In this document: positions 1-10,760 of the stretch, in pieces
Layout of the letters: each line of letters opens with the position of its first letter
Position numbering within the stretch: position 1 is the stretch's first letter
Source: Actinomycetota bacterium
Lineage (GTDB): Bacteria; Actinomycetota; Coriobacteriia; Anaerosomatales; JAENZW01
DNA: 55,314 nt
Direction of reading: 5' to 3'
Assembly: GCA_016841065.1 (NCBI GenBank)
Contig: JAENZW010000003.1
Coordinates: 1 to 55,314 of the forward strand
Notes under the pieces: model-generated
The model's database searches: none
Told to the model about the DNA's origin: nothing
What the model saw: only the letters and a program-made list of their open reading frames with translations
Made by a program: the position numbers and the translations under genes

Positions 1-72
1 GACCGACCCCAGGGCGACCGGGATCGGCCCAGCCGCGACGGCGACAGCCGCAAGCCCCGCCGTCGGCACTAG
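1..72 (+). CDS. 3' end of an upstream gene, probably polynucleotide phosphorylase (low-complexity C-terminal tail)
   Basis: Frame 1 reads DRPQGDRDRPSRDGDSRKPRRRH-stop (TAG 70-72). Identity is inferred only from the common pnp-M16 peptidase-dapB synteny. Confidence 0.45.
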   Translation, partial: DRPQGDRDRPSRDGDSRKPRRRH

Positions 73-94
73 CTCTCGCGACGCACACAAGACT

Positions 95-122
95 AGAGGG
101 CGGGCCAACCGGTCCGCCCTCT
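95..122 (+). terminator. Intrinsic terminator-like hairpin
   Basis: AGAGGGCGGGCC-aacc-GGTCCGCCCTCT, a 12-bp stem (one G-U) 22 nt after a stop codon; weak U-tract. Confidence 0.65.
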
Positions 123-232
123 CGCGTTACCGGGGCAGGCGCCAGTACTTCAGATCGCGTGCTTGAACCGGAGATGCAGGCTACAATCGTCTGACCTGCC
201 GCAACCCGTCGTATCTGCGAAGTGGAGACACC

Positions 233-1483
233 ATGTTCTATCGGAAGACGATCCTCGAGAACGGTGTCACCGTCCTCACGGAACATATGGACACCGTCCG
301 CTCTGTTGCCCTCGGGATATGGTTCGCCGTGGGGAGCAGGGACGAGATTCCCTCTGAGGCCGGCATGTCTCACTTCATGGAGCACATGATGTTCAAAGGG
401 ACACCGACTCGAACTGCGGCCCAGATCTCAGAGACCTTCGACGGTCTCGGAGCAGAGCTCAACGCCTTCACGTCGAAGGAGTACACCTGCTACTACGCGC
501 GTCTCGTCGACGAACACGTGCCCACCGCACTCGAAGTTCTCTCCGATATGGTCGTAGGCTCGCTGCTTGATGACGAGGCCTGCCAAAGCGAGCGTGAGGT
601 GGTCATCGAGGAGATTGCCCGCATGGAGGACACCCCCGACGACCGGATCCACGAACTCTTCGGCCATACCCTTTGGCCCGAGCATCCCATCGGGTTGCCC
701 ATCCTCGGCAATCGGGGGACCGTGGGTGGATTCGATCACACGCAGTCGGTCGCGTTCCGCCAGCGCCACTACCTGACCGGCAACTGCGTCGTCGCTGCAG
801 CCGGCAACGTCGATCATGATGCTCTCGTGTCACTCGTTCGCGATCATCTTGCTCTCCCGGAAGGTCCCCGCAGCGAGCGTCCTCACGCCGAGTCGATCGC
901 CCGCTCGCGCCTGGCGGTTCTGACGAAGGAGACCGAGCAGGCGCACATCTGCTTCGGCGGATCCTGTCTGGACTCCGGTCACCCCGACCGCTTCGCGTTC
1001 TCGATCATCGATACCGTTCTCGGTGGCGGGATGTCTTCACGTCTCTTTCAGGAGATTCGTGAGAAGAAGGGCCTCGCCTACGCCGTGTATAGCTTCCATT
1101 CGCTGTACCAGGACACCGGGCAGTTCACCGTGTACGCGGGCACACGCCCGGGCAACGCCGAACAGGTCGTTCGGCTCATTCAGACCGAAGTCGAGAAGGT
1201 GCGCGAATCCGGTGTCACCGCAGAGGAGCTCCAGCGTGCCAAGGAGTCGATCAAGGGGCACATGGTCTTGGGTCTGGAGAGCACGCGGAATCGCATGACA
1301 AGGCTCGGCAAGAACGAAACGACCGGCGGGGAGCTGCTATCGGTCGATGAGATCGTGGAACGGATCGATTCGATCTCGCAGACCGACATCAAGCGCGTTG
1401 CGAACGAGGTATTCTCGTCCGAGAAGGTCCTCGCGCTCATCGGCCCCTTTGCTGCCGACGAGCTGTCGCACCTGGTCGGCTAG
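233..1483 (+). CDS. M16 (pitrilysin-family) zinc peptidase, YmxG/PepR-like
   Basis: Inverted zincin motif HFMEH, NAFTSKEYTCYY, LGGGMSSRLFQEIREKKGLAY; GGAG RBS upstream. Confidence 0.93.
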   Translation: MFYRKTILENGVTVLTEHMDTVRSVALGIWFAVGSRDEIPSEAGMSHFMEHMMFKGTPTRTAAQISETFDGLGAELNAFTSKEYTCYYARLVDEHVPTALEVLSDMVVGSLLDDEACQSEREVVIEEIARMEDTPDDRIHELFGHTLWPEHPIGLPILGNRGTVGGFDHTQSVAFRQRHYLTGNCVVAAAGNVDHDALVSLVRDHLALPEGPRSERPHAESIARSRLAVLTKETEQAHICFGGSCLDSGHPDRFAFSIIDTVLGGGMSSRLFQEIREKKGLAYAVYSFHSLYQDTGQFTVYAGTRPGNAEQVVRLIQTEVEKVRESGVTAEELQRAKESIKGHMVLGLESTRNRMTRLGKNETTGGELLSVDEIVERIDSISQTDIKRVANEVFSSEKVLALIGPFAADELSHLVG

Positions 1484-1530
1484 ACGGCAATCCGGGACAT
1501 TCCGCCCGGTGCGCACTGAAGGAGGCTCAC

Positions 1531-2316
1531 GTGGTAGATGTACTCGTCACCGGCGCAGGTGGCCGGATGGGGCGTGAAGTAGTCAAGGCAGTCACCGAGT
1601 CGGACGGCATGCGCGTAGTCGCGGCCGTCGATCCGGGATGCCCTGACGTCTCCATAAGCGACGGCGCGTGCGGAGAGTACATCTGCCGGTCGGACCTCGC
1701 CGAGGCGATTCGAGAGACCTCGCCCGACGTCATGGTCGACTTCACACGTCCGGATGTTGTCGAGGACAACCTTCGTACGGCACTGGCCGCTGGAGTCGAT
1801 TGCGTCGTCGGTACCACGGGAATATCCACCGAGACCCTCTCTGAGATTGCCCAAACGGCTCCTTCCGGCACCTGTCTGTTTGTGGCCCCCAACTTCGCCA
1901 TTGGCGCCGTTCTCATGATGCAATTCGCCGCCCAGGCTGCGAGGTACTTGCCGCATGTCGAGATCATCGAGCTTCATCACGATCGAAAGCTCGATGCACC
2001 GAGCGGGACGGCGATCCGCACCGCCGGGCTGATTGCTGCCGCCAGGGAAGAGACACCTGTCTCACCCGGACGTGAGACCGAGGTGGCGGACGGTGCCCGC
2101 GGAGCCATCCTTGATGGCATCAGCGTCCACTCGGTGAGGCTACCGGGCCTTGTCGCACATCAGGAAGTGCTCTTCGGCGGACAAGGCCAGACGCTTTCGA
2201 TCCGTCACGATTCGATCGATCGCACGTCGTTCATGCCAGGGGTCGTCCTCGCCGCAAGGCGTGTTGGCGCACTCTCGGGTCTCGTGATCGGTCTTGAGTC
2301 CCTTCTGGAGGACTGA
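1531..2316 (+). CDS. dapB: 4-hydroxy-tetrahydrodipicolinate reductase
   Basis: GAGGRMG Rossmann motif, VDFT, VVGTTG, APNF, IELHHDRKLDAPSGTA; AGGAGG RBS. Confidence 0.97.
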   Translation: MVDVLVTGAGGRMGREVVKAVTESDGMRVVAAVDPGCPDVSISDGACGEYICRSDLAEAIRETSPDVMVDFTRPDVVEDNLRTALAAGVDCVVGTTGISTETLSEIAQTAPSGTCLFVAPNFAIGAVLMMQFAAQAARYLPHVEIIELHHDRKLDAPSGTAIRTAGLIAAAREETPVSPGRETEVADGARGAILDGISVHSVRLPGLVAHQEVLFGGQGQTLSIRHDSIDRTSFMPGVVLAARRVGALSGLVIGLESLLED

Positions 2317-2318
2317 GT

Positions 2319-3560
2319 ATGCCGAGTCCGGCACGAACCGTAGTCGTGATGAAATACGGCGGGACCTCGGTGGCCACGCCCGAGGGACGAAACGCAATCG
2401 CACGGCGGGTGATTGAAGCGCAGGAGCAGGAGATGTCTCCCGTCGTCGTCGTGTCCGCGATGGGCCGCGCCGGTGCTCCGTACGCCACGGATACCCTGCT
2501 CGGGCTCGTAGCCGGGCTTCCTTCCGACGACAGAGAAGCCGACCTGTTGGTCGGCTGCGGCGAGATTGTGTCGGCCGTCGTTGTCGCACACGAACTTCGA
2601 GCTGCCGGAGTCGACGCGCGGGCGTTCACGGGACCGGAAGCCGGCATAGCGACCGACGGAGTCCACAGGAACGCTGCCGTCACGGAGATTCACCCGGGAC
2701 CGCTCCTTTCGGCAATCGAAGCCGGCGTCTGTCCGGTCGTCGCTGGCTTCCAGGGCATAGGGGAGTCCGGACGCCTCACGACACTCGGACGCGGTGGCTC
2801 CGACACGACGGCGTGCGCCCTTGGCGTGGCTCTGGGAGCCCGAGCTGTCGAGATCTACACGGACGTCGACGGTGTGATGACTGCAGACCCGCAAACATGC
2901 GAAGGAAGCGCGGTGCTTGAGACGGTGGGTGCCGACGAGCTGTTCCAGATGGCGAGGCATGGCGCCCGCGTCGTGCACACGCCCGCGGCAGAGCTCGCTC
3001 TCGCGAGCGGACTTGCTGTTCGCGTAAGGAACACGTATTCCGACCACCCCGGCACGGCGGTCACCGACATCGCATCCTACCGCCCGGACCGAGTGGCAAC
3101 AGCAGTTGCGCATGCCGATGGCGTTGCACGAATCGTCGTAGCTCTGCCTGCCCCCGAAGGGACACCGAGTCATATGTCCGCCCAAGCACGCGTGTACAGG
3201 GCGATGGCAGACGCGGGAGTTTCGCTCGACATGTTCACGCCAGCCGGCGAGACGCTTCTGTTCACGGTTGGTGAGGAACTACTCGATCGGGCCTCCGAGG
3301 TGCTGGGCGCGCTGGGCTTCACGTATCGCGCGCAAACGCAGCTGGCGAAAGTCACCCTGGTGGGCGCTGGAATGCACGGCGTTCCGGGGGTCATGGCACG
3401 GGTTGCCGAGGCACTCGTTGACGCCGGGGTGACCGTTCTTCAGAGCGCTGACAGCCATACAACGATCTCGGTACTCGTCACGTCGGATCAAGCACATCAG
3501 GCTGTCCAGGCGCTCCACACCGGCTTCGAGCTGGATTCACCGTCGTCGACCGCTACGTGA
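2319..3560 (+). CDS. dapG: Aspartate kinase (DapG/AK-I type)
   Basis: KYGGTSV, VVSAMG, PYATDTLL, TTLGRGGSDTTA, YTDVDGVMTADP, C-terminal ACT repeats; lies between dapB and dapA. Confidence 0.88.
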   Translation: MPSPARTVVVMKYGGTSVATPEGRNAIARRVIEAQEQEMSPVVVVSAMGRAGAPYATDTLLGLVAGLPSDDREADLLVGCGEIVSAVVVAHELRAAGVDARAFTGPEAGIATDGVHRNAAVTEIHPGPLLSAIEAGVCPVVAGFQGIGESGRLTTLGRGGSDTTACALGVALGARAVEIYTDVDGVMTADPQTCEGSAVLETVGADELFQMARHGARVVHTPAAELALASGLAVRVRNTYSDHPGTAVTDIASYRPDRVATAVAHADGVARIVVALPAPEGTPSHMSAQARVYRAMADAGVSLDMFTPAGETLLFTVGEELLDRASEVLGALGFTYRAQTQLAKVTLVGAGMHGVPGVMARVAEALVDAGVTVLQSADSHTTISVLVTSDQAHQAVQALHTGFELDSPSSTAT

Positions 3561-3680
3561 CGGCTCGATGTCCGCTGGGCCGGACCGGCGCATGTGTCAG
3601 GGCGTTGTGTCACAATACTGCACGTGAAAGCGGGTTCCGCGGGCGGATCGTGCCCGCTTGGGTCAAAGGGGAGAACAGCG

Positions 3681-4577
3681 ATGGCTGAACCTCGTTTCGG
3701 CAGAATGCTCACAGCGATGGTGACGCCGTTTGGATCGGACGGCGGCCTTGACCTTGCGCGCGCGCAGGGGCTCGCTCACCGACTTCTGGACTCCGGCACA
3801 CAGGGCCTCGTCGTTTGCGGCACCACCGGCGAGTCGCCCACCGTATTCTACGATCAGAAGATGGATCTCTTCCGCGCCGTTGTCGAGGCCGTCGCCGGCC
3901 GGGCGCCGGTCATCGCCAACGCAGGCGACAACTGTACTGACGATTCGGTTGAGTTCGCCCAGAAAGTCGTTTCTCTCGGTGTGGACGCAATCATGGCTGT
4001 CGTGCCGTACTACAACAAGCCTCCGCAGGAGGGCCTGTACCGCCATTTCCGCTCGATAGCCGAGTCGGTCGACGTGCCGGTCATCCTGTACAACATCCCA
4101 GGCCGTTGTGTGATCAACATGACTGCCGAGACGACGCTTCGCCTTGCTCGAGATGTTGAGAACATCGTCGCCGTCAAAGAAGCCAGCGGTGATCTCACCC
4201 AGATCGCTCAGATCATCGACGGCGCACCCGACGGCTTCGAGGTGCTGTCTGGCGACGACGAGATGACCTTGCCGATGATGGGACTTGGCGGCACTGGCGT
4301 GATCTCCGTCATTTCCCATGTTGCGGGACCCCGGTTCAGGGAAATGATCGACGCACAGGCTGCCGGGGATCACACTCGAGCCCTGCGAATCCACCTTGAG
4401 CTCCTTCCTTTGATGAAGGCGCTCTTCATGACCGCAAACCCGATTATGGTCAAGAAAGCCCTGGATCTTCAGGGCTTCCCCGTTGGGGGTGTCCGACTGC
4501 CTCTGGTCGATGCCAACGACGAACAGACCGCTGAACTCGTTCGAATCATGCAAGGGGTAGGAGTCCTGCCCGCATAG
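3681..4577 (+). CDS. dapA: 4-hydroxy-tetrahydrodipicolinate synthase
   Basis: TAMVTPF, GTTGES, VPYYNKP, LYNIPGR, KEASG, SGDD. Start moved to ATG 3681 after a GGGGAG RBS. Confidence 0.97.
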   Translation: MAEPRFGRMLTAMVTPFGSDGGLDLARAQGLAHRLLDSGTQGLVVCGTTGESPTVFYDQKMDLFRAVVEAVAGRAPVIANAGDNCTDDSVEFAQKVVSLGVDAIMAVVPYYNKPPQEGLYRHFRSIAESVDVPVILYNIPGRCVINMTAETTLRLARDVENIVAVKEASGDLTQIAQIIDGAPDGFEVLSGDDEMTLPMMGLGGTGVISVISHVAGPRFREMIDAQAAGDHTRALRIHLELLPLMKALFMTANPIMVKKALDLQGFPVGGVRLPLVDANDEQTAELVRIMQGVGVLPA

Positions 4578-4674
4578 GTCAAACGAACGGCAGGCCGTCC
4601 CGCTGCTTGCCTTGCAGTACGAACGCGATGCCCTCGCGTTCGCATCCATTTCAAGGAGGACTGAAGCACACCAT

Positions 4675-6345
4675 ATGACACAGAAGAAGAACCGTCTCAG
4701 GGTGATTCCGCTTGGCGGGCTCGATGAGATCGGTAAGAACATGACCGTCATCGAGTACGGCAACGACATGATCGTCATCGATGCCGGCATTATGTTCCCG
4801 GACGAGGATCACCCCGGAGTAGACCTCATCCTTCCCGACTACAGCTACATCGTGAAGCGCAAGGACAAACTCCGTGGAGTAGTCATCACGCACGGTCACG
4901 AAGATCACACCGGAGCCGTGCCCTACCTACTCAAGGAAGTGGGGGAGCGGACTCCCGTCCTCGGCACTAAACTCACACTCGGTCTGATACAGGTGAAACT
5001 CGACGAACACGGCCTCAAGAAGCCGAAGCTCCGTGAGATTCGCGCCGGCGGCCACGTGAGTCTGGGTGGATTCGGACTGGACTTCCTCGCCGTGAATCAC
5101 TCCATCCCCGACGGCGTGGCGGTACTCGTGCGCACGCCCGTCGGCAACCTTCTGCATACCGGCGATTTCAAGTTCGATCAGACCCCGGTGGACGGACGTC
5201 TCACCGACTACGATATGCTCGCAAAGGCGGGCAAACAGGGTGTCATGTTGCTGATGTCTGACTCGACAAACGCCGATTCTACCGGCGTCACGAGATCGGA
5301 GTCCGAGGTTGGCGTATCGCTTCGCGAACTGATGGCGAAGGCCAAGCAGCGCGTCATTGTGGCCTCCTTCGCCAGCCACATCCACCGCGTGCAGCAAGTC
5401 TGCGATGCAGCCGTGGCATGCGGACGAAAGGTCGTTGTGACCGGTCGGTCGATGGTCAACAACACACGCATCGCCCGCCAGCTCGGCTACCTTGTCATCG
5501 CGGAAGACAACATCCTCGACGCCTTCGAGATGAGTGGGCTCGCTCCGGAGGAAATCTGCGTGTTGTCCACCGGCAGCCAGGGCGAGCCGCTATCGGCACT
5601 TGCGCGCATGGCAAACGGTGACCACCGCACGGTAGAGATCGAGGAGGGCGATACCGTCATCATCTCCGCGTCGCCGGTTCCCGGCAACGAGAAGGCCGTT
5701 TGGCGGGTCATCAACCGTCTCGCCAAGTCAGGGGCTCACGTCAAGCATAGAGGCTCCCACGACGTCCACGTCTCCGGACATGCGGCCGCGGAAGAGCTGC
5801 GCCTCATGCTCAACCTGGTCAAGCCAAAGTACTTCGTACCGATTCACGGCGAAACCCGGCATTTGCACGCCCACGCCGACATCGCACGCTCCGTGGGTGT
5901 TGCGAATGAGGACATCTTCATTCTCGAGAACGGCGATTGTCTCGAGATCACCGAGGCAGGCGCACGTACCGCGCAGCAGGTAGAGTCCGGGGTCGTGTAC
6001 GTCGACGGGCTCTCGGTCGGCGACATCGGCGATCTCGTCCTGCGCGACAGGCAGCTTCTTGCACGTGACGGCATCGCTGCCGTGGTCATCGCACTCGACA
6101 CTCAGAACGCGAAGTACGTCGGCCAGCCCGAACTTGTCACACGTGGAGTCATCCTCAACGTCGGCGAAGAAGGCATCCTTGACGACGCTCGTGCCCGTCT
6201 TACCAAGACCCTCACGAAGCTCGCCAAAGAGGGTGTGACCGACCACGCAGTCATCAAGAATGCGGTGCGGGAGTCCCTTTCACAGTTCATGTGGGAACAA
6301 CTTCGGCGTAGACCCATGATCATTCCCGTGGTCATGGAGGTCTAG
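4675..6345 (+). CDS. rnj: Ribonuclease J
   Basis: PLGGLDEIGKNM, THGHEDH metallo-beta-lactamase motif, HTGDFK, HVSGH, PIHGE, terminal RRPMIIPVVMEV. Start ATG 4675 after AAGGAGGA. Confidence 0.96.
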   Translation: MTQKKNRLRVIPLGGLDEIGKNMTVIEYGNDMIVIDAGIMFPDEDHPGVDLILPDYSYIVKRKDKLRGVVITHGHEDHTGAVPYLLKEVGERTPVLGTKLTLGLIQVKLDEHGLKKPKLREIRAGGHVSLGGFGLDFLAVNHSIPDGVAVLVRTPVGNLLHTGDFKFDQTPVDGRLTDYDMLAKAGKQGVMLLMSDSTNADSTGVTRSESEVGVSLRELMAKAKQRVIVASFASHIHRVQQVCDAAVACGRKVVVTGRSMVNNTRIARQLGYLVIAEDNILDAFEMSGLAPEEICVLSTGSQGEPLSALARMANGDHRTVEIEEGDTVIISASPVPGNEKAVWRVINRLAKSGAHVKHRGSHDVHVSGHAAAEELRLMLNLVKPKYFVPIHGETRHLHAHADIARSVGVANEDIFILENGDCLEITEAGARTAQQVESGVVYVDGLSVGDIGDLVLRDRQLLARDGIAAVVIALDTQNAKYVGQPELVTRGVILNVGEEGILDDARARLTKTLTKLAKEGVTDHAVIKNAVRESLSQFMWEQLRRRPMIIPVVMEV

Positions 6346-6348
6346 CCC

Positions 6349-7149
6349 GTGGAGGTCTGGCGGGCAATCATCCTCGGCGTCGTTCAGGGCGTCGCGGAGT
6401 TCATACCGATTTCGTCGTCGGGACATCTGCGTCTCATCCAGGACGGACTAGGTTGGGGTGAGTTCGAGCTGGCTTTCGACGTCCTGCTTCACCTGGGAAC
6501 GCTTGTCGCCCTGGTGGTCTACTTCAGGGACGACCTGTGGCGGATGGCAACGTCCGCATTCTCCCGATCCCCAGGCAGAGCAACCGACCGACGTCTCGCG
6601 TGGCTCGTAGTCGCGGCCACTGTTCCGACCGGGGCCATAGGCCTGGCTGGGAACGCCTGGTTTGAGGCAGCGCCTCTCGTCTGGGTTGGTGTGGCGTTCA
6701 TGTTCACTGGTGCAGCCCTCTTCGCCGCCGAGCGCTTCTCGCGGCGACGTGTTCGGGAAGCGGCTGGACTCTCGTGGTCCTCGGCTCTGCTCGTTGGAGT
6801 GGCCCAGGGCGTGGCCATCATGCCCGGTGTCTCACGGTCGGGTGCCACAATGGCCACCGGGCTTGGCTTGGGCTTGAACCGGGAACAGGCGACACGGTTC
6901 TCGTTCCTGCTCTCCGGACCCATCATCTTGCTGGCGGGAGCCAAGAAGGCCCTCGAGCTCACTGCAGGTGGCACGACCCTGCCATCCGTGCAAGCCAGCA
7001 TCGCCGGGTTCGTCGCTGCTTCGTTGACCGGATACGTCGCCATCGCGGCACTAATGTCGTACATACGCACCCGGTCGTTCTACCCCTTCGCCGCGTACAC
7101 AACACTGCTGGGTTTGGCCGTGGTAGTCTGGCGAGTGTCGGCAGGCTAG
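6349..7149 (+). CDS. uppP: Undecaprenyl-diphosphate phosphatase (BacA)
   Basis: QGVAEFIPISSSGHL, LHLGT, PGVSRSGAT, RFSFLLS; hydrophobic throughout. Confidence 0.95.
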   Translation: MEVWRAIILGVVQGVAEFIPISSSGHLRLIQDGLGWGEFELAFDVLLHLGTLVALVVYFRDDLWRMATSAFSRSPGRATDRRLAWLVVAATVPTGAIGLAGNAWFEAAPLVWVGVAFMFTGAALFAAERFSRRRVREAAGLSWSSALLVGVAQGVAIMPGVSRSGATMATGLGLGLNREQATRFSFLLSGPIILLAGAKKALELTAGGTTLPSVQASIAGFVAASLTGYVAIAALMSYIRTRSFYPFAAYTTLLGLAVVVWRVSAG

Positions 7150-7161
7150 GACAGGAGCGAG

Positions 7162-9414
7162 ATGGCCGCTAGCAAGAAGACACAGGGTCGCAAATCGCGT
7201 GATGGCGGCCGACGTTCCGGCGAGACGCACAAGCCGAAGCGATCGAACTCGGTTCTGGACGACGACTCCCGAAGCGACATTCTTGGCGTTGTACTCACCG
7301 CGTCAGCCGCCGCGTTGGCGATTGCGGTCCTGAGTCAATCTACCGGCATCCTGGGCGGCACAGTGGCCCGTATCCTCCGTCTGGGTCTGGGAGTCGGGGC
7401 CTACGTCTTGCCCGTCATCCTTCTCCTCTGGGGCATCAGCTTCTTCGTGCGCGCCTTCGCCATCGCCGAGCGCAGAGTCGGCATCGGCCTTGGGATGATC
7501 CTGCTGTCGATCATATCTATGATGGCAGTTCAGGCACCCGCTTCAGAACAGTGGGAGTCCTCATCCCTTGAGTCGCACGGCGGGTACATCGGCGGGGTCG
7601 TGGCTTGGGCTCTTCGCTCGCTCCTCGGTGACTCCATCTCATACGTAGTCCTCGGCGCGCTCCTGCTTGTGGGCCTTGTGATCACCGGTCTCTCGTTGTC
7701 CGGAGTGGTCGCATGGACTCTGGATCGTCTTCGGCCAGCCGACGACGCGATGGAGGCGGCGCCGACAAAGCGAGATCGTACTCCCAAGACCCTGCCACTC
7801 GATGACTTCGCAGATGGCAGCGTGCCCGAGCTCGCAAAGTCGTTGCCGGTAGGCCGAAGACGCAAACGAGCTGACGACCCCGAAATGCGTCGCGAGACCG
7901 TGCCGTCAACGCAATCGGCTGCGCCAAGACGCACCGAGGGTTTCGTCTTGCCACCCGCCGACTTGCTCGAGCGTACGTCCGCTGCTGCCTCGAAACACCG
8001 CGCCACCGAGAAGGAGCTTCAGGCGACGGCTCACGTCATCGAGAGCACGCTGGCAACCTTCGACATCCCCGCACGGGTCCAACAGTGGATTCCTGGCCCC
8101 ACGGTAACCATGTTCGAGATCGAGCTGTCGCGCGGCGTGAAGGTACACCGGGTGACTGCTCTCGCCGACGACCTCGCGCTTGCGCTGGCGGCACCGACCG
8201 TCCGCATTCTTGCACCGATTCCCGGAAAGTCACTTGTCGGCATTGAGGTGCCCAACGAGCGCCGCTCGACGGTCACGCTCGGGGACGTTCTTCCGGAGCC
8301 TGCCGCACACGAAGGCGGTCCACTCATGCTCGCGATCGGCAAGGACGTGTCCGGCGACGCGATCGTCGCCGACCTGGCCGCGATGCCGCACCTACTGATC
8401 GCCGGATCTACGGGCACAGGGAAGTCAGTGTGCATCAATGCACTCCTCATGAGCATCCTCATGCGCGCCACGCCTGCCGAAACGAGGCTCATTCTCATCG
8501 ACCCGAAGAGAATCGAGCTCTCGCTGTACAACGGCGTACCTCATCTCTACGTCCCGGTCGTGACCGAGGCAAAGGAGGCGGCGTCAGCCCTTGCATGGGC
8601 CGTCTCCGAGATGGAATCACGCCTGAAGAGACTCCAGAAGGCTGGCGCGCGCAACATCGCCGGATACAACCTCATGGTCCATGACGGCACTGCTCCCGAG
8701 GGCGCGGAGGCAATGGCCTACGTAGTCATCGTCATTGATGAGCTCGCCGACTTGATGATGGTAGCCGCCAAGGAAGTAGAAGACTCGATCTGCCGTCTCG
8801 CCCAGCTCGCCCGTGCGGCAGGAATCCACCTCGTTGTGGCCACCCAACGTCCCTCAACCGATATCATCACCGGCCTCATCAAGACCAACGTGACCAACCG
8901 AATAGCCTTCGCCGTCTCCAGCAGCATCGACAGCCGGGTGATTCTCGATCAGGCCGGAGCCGAGCGGCTCGTCGGTCTCGGTGACATGCTCTTCTCGACT
9001 CCCGCACTCGCGAAGCCCAAACGTATCCAAGGGGCTTTCGTTTCGGAGAACGAGATAGCAGCAGTCGTCGAGCATCTGAAACAGCAAGGCGAACCCGAGT
9101 ATCACGAAGAGATCCTTCACCTCAAGGTGTCCTCCACGGGTGGAGGAGTAGACCATGGCGGCGAGGATGATGATCCCTTGATATGGGAGGCTGCCGACAT
9201 CGTCGTGGCGTCGGGGATGGGCTCCACATCGCTACTGCAACGACGCTTGAAGGTTGGATATGCGCGTGCGGGACGTATCATGGATATGCTTGAAGCCAAA
9301 GGGATCGTGGGACCGCCGGACGGAAGCCGACCCCGCGAAGTACTCGTCGATATCGAGGACCTCGAGTCCTTGAGGGCATTCGAGCGCAAGGAAGCGGAAG
9401 AGGAGGGGTACTAG
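7162..9414 (+). CDS. ftsK: DNA translocase FtsK/SpoIIIE
   Basis: N-terminal TM region, PHLLIAGSTGTGKS Walker A, IDELADLMM, ATQRPS, gamma domain STSLLQRRLKVGYARAGRIMD. Confidence 0.97.
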   Translation: MAASKKTQGRKSRDGGRRSGETHKPKRSNSVLDDDSRSDILGVVLTASAAALAIAVLSQSTGILGGTVARILRLGLGVGAYVLPVILLLWGISFFVRAFAIAERRVGIGLGMILLSIISMMAVQAPASEQWESSSLESHGGYIGGVVAWALRSLLGDSISYVVLGALLLVGLVITGLSLSGVVAWTLDRLRPADDAMEAAPTKRDRTPKTLPLDDFADGSVPELAKSLPVGRRRKRADDPEMRRETVPSTQSAAPRRTEGFVLPPADLLERTSAAASKHRATEKELQATAHVIESTLATFDIPARVQQWIPGPTVTMFEIELSRGVKVHRVTALADDLALALAAPTVRILAPIPGKSLVGIEVPNERRSTVTLGDVLPEPAAHEGGPLMLAIGKDVSGDAIVADLAAMPHLLIAGSTGTGKSVCINALLMSILMRATPAETRLILIDPKRIELSLYNGVPHLYVPVVTEAKEAASALAWAVSEMESRLKRLQKAGARNIAGYNLMVHDGTAPEGAEAMAYVVIVIDELADLMMVAAKEVEDSICRLAQLARAAGIHLVVATQRPSTDIITGLIKTNVTNRIAFAVSSSIDSRVILDQAGAERLVGLGDMLFSTPALAKPKRIQGAFVSENEIAAVVEHLKQQGEPEYHEEILHLKVSSTGGGVDHGGEDDDPLIWEAADIVVASGMGSTSLLQRRLKVGYARAGRIMDMLEAKGIVGPPDGSRPREVLVDIEDLESLRAFERKEAEEEGY

Positions 9415-9415
9415 C

Positions 9416-10234
9416 GTGTCGCGCAGCATCGGAGAGACGCTGTCCGCACGACGTCGCGAGCTAGGCAAGTCACTCGCTGACGCCGAGGCGGCCACAAAGA
9501 TCCGTGCCAGACGCCTCGATGCCCTGGAGAAGGGCGAGTGGGCGGCGCTCCCTAGTTCCGCATACGTCAAAGGCTACATTATCAGCTACGCGCAGTACCT
9601 CGAGTTGGATCCGGAGCCGCTCATCGCGGCACTTCGCAACGAGATCGGCTCCGAGGGCGGCGCCGAGAGCGACATCGAAGGGGCACCGCGACGACGCGTC
9701 GTCGCTCCACGCGACACGGTTGTCACAGCTCGTGGTCAGTTGCACACGATTCCCTGGCGGGCTGCTGCCGCTCTCATCGCACTCATAGTCGTGGTCGCTC
9801 TGGCGATATGGTTCGTCGGGAACGGTTCCCGAGAGCAGGGCGAGCAGAGACCCCTGCCAAACGTCTCGGAGACGTCTTCCTCGGCGTCGATCGACGAGAC
9901 GCTCCCGGGAACGACGCCGACCAACACGACGCCCGTTCCACAGTCCGATGAGGTGGTTGTCCCGGATGAGACTACGGCACAGACTGCGGGAGCGTTCACC
10001 CTGACGATCCAGATCGACCCGGCCGCCGCATCCTGGCTACGCGTCACGGTCGATGGCTTGAAGGCATACGAGGGGACCCTCGCAGCCGGTGAGACCAAGG
10101 AATGGGAGGTCTCGCAAGAGGCCATTGTCCGCGTGGGTAAGGTGACGGCGGTGACCGTCAAGAAGAACGATGAGTCGGTGGAGGTGCCGGTAGGATCTGA
10201 CGGTATCGGACAGGTCACACTCACCGCAGACTGA
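9416..10234 (+). CDS. rodZ: RodZ-like HTH/TM/DUF4115 cell-shape protein
   Basis: N-terminal HTH (TKIRARRLDALEKG...YVKGYIISYAQYL), single TM, C-terminal SWLRVTVDG domain; ftsK-rodZ-rimO-pgsA synteny. Confidence 0.85.
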   Translation: MSRSIGETLSARRRELGKSLADAEAATKIRARRLDALEKGEWAALPSSAYVKGYIISYAQYLELDPEPLIAALRNEIGSEGGAESDIEGAPRRRVVAPRDTVVTARGQLHTIPWRAAAALIALIVVVALAIWFVGNGSREQGEQRPLPNVSETSSSASIDETLPGTTPTNTTPVPQSDEVVVPDETTAQTAGAFTLTIQIDPAAASWLRVTVDGLKAYEGTLAAGETKEWEVSQEAIVRVGKVTAVTVKKNDESVEVPVGSDGIGQVTLTAD

Positions 10235-10249
10235 GAGCAGGGAGCACAC

Positions 10250-10747
10250 ATGGCCAAGGACCAGAGCTTCGATGTGGTGTCTCAGGTCGACATGCAAGAG
10301 GTCGACAACGCCGTGCAACAGGCGGTCAAGGAGATCACGCAACGATACGACCTCAAAGACACCGGCTCGACGATTAGTCTGGACAAGACAGCCGGGACTG
10401 TCACTGTGAGCGCACCCAGCGACTTCATCTCGAAACAGGTGGTCGATGTGCTCGCTGGCAAGCTCGTGCGTCGTAGCGTCGATCTAAAAGCGCTGAGTTG
10501 GGGCACAACCGAGGCCGCAGCAGGTGGGACTGTGCGCACCACAGCACAGATCGTCAACGGCATAGAGGCTGAACTCGCCCGAAAGATCAACAAGGACATC
10601 CGCGACGAGAAGCTGAAGATCAAGGTCCAAATAGAGGGAGACAAACTCCGGGTGTTCTCGCCCAAGAGAGATGACCTGCAGACCGTCATCGCCTTCCTCA
10701 AGGACAAGGACTACGGGATTCCCTTGCAGTTCACCAACTATCGCTAG
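10250..10747 (+). CDS. yajQ: YajQ family nucleotide-binding protein
   Basis: SFDVVSQVDMQEVDNAV, RYDLK, QIEGDKLRV, KRDDLQ, terminal PLQFTNYR. Confidence 0.95.
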   Translation: MAKDQSFDVVSQVDMQEVDNAVQQAVKEITQRYDLKDTGSTISLDKTAGTVTVSAPSDFISKQVVDVLAGKLVRRSVDLKALSWGTTEAAAGGTVRTTAQIVNGIEAELARKINKDIRDEKLKIKVQIEGDKLRVFSPKRDDLQTVIAFLKDKDYGIPLQFTNYR

Positions 10748-10760
10748 CGCACTGACGGGC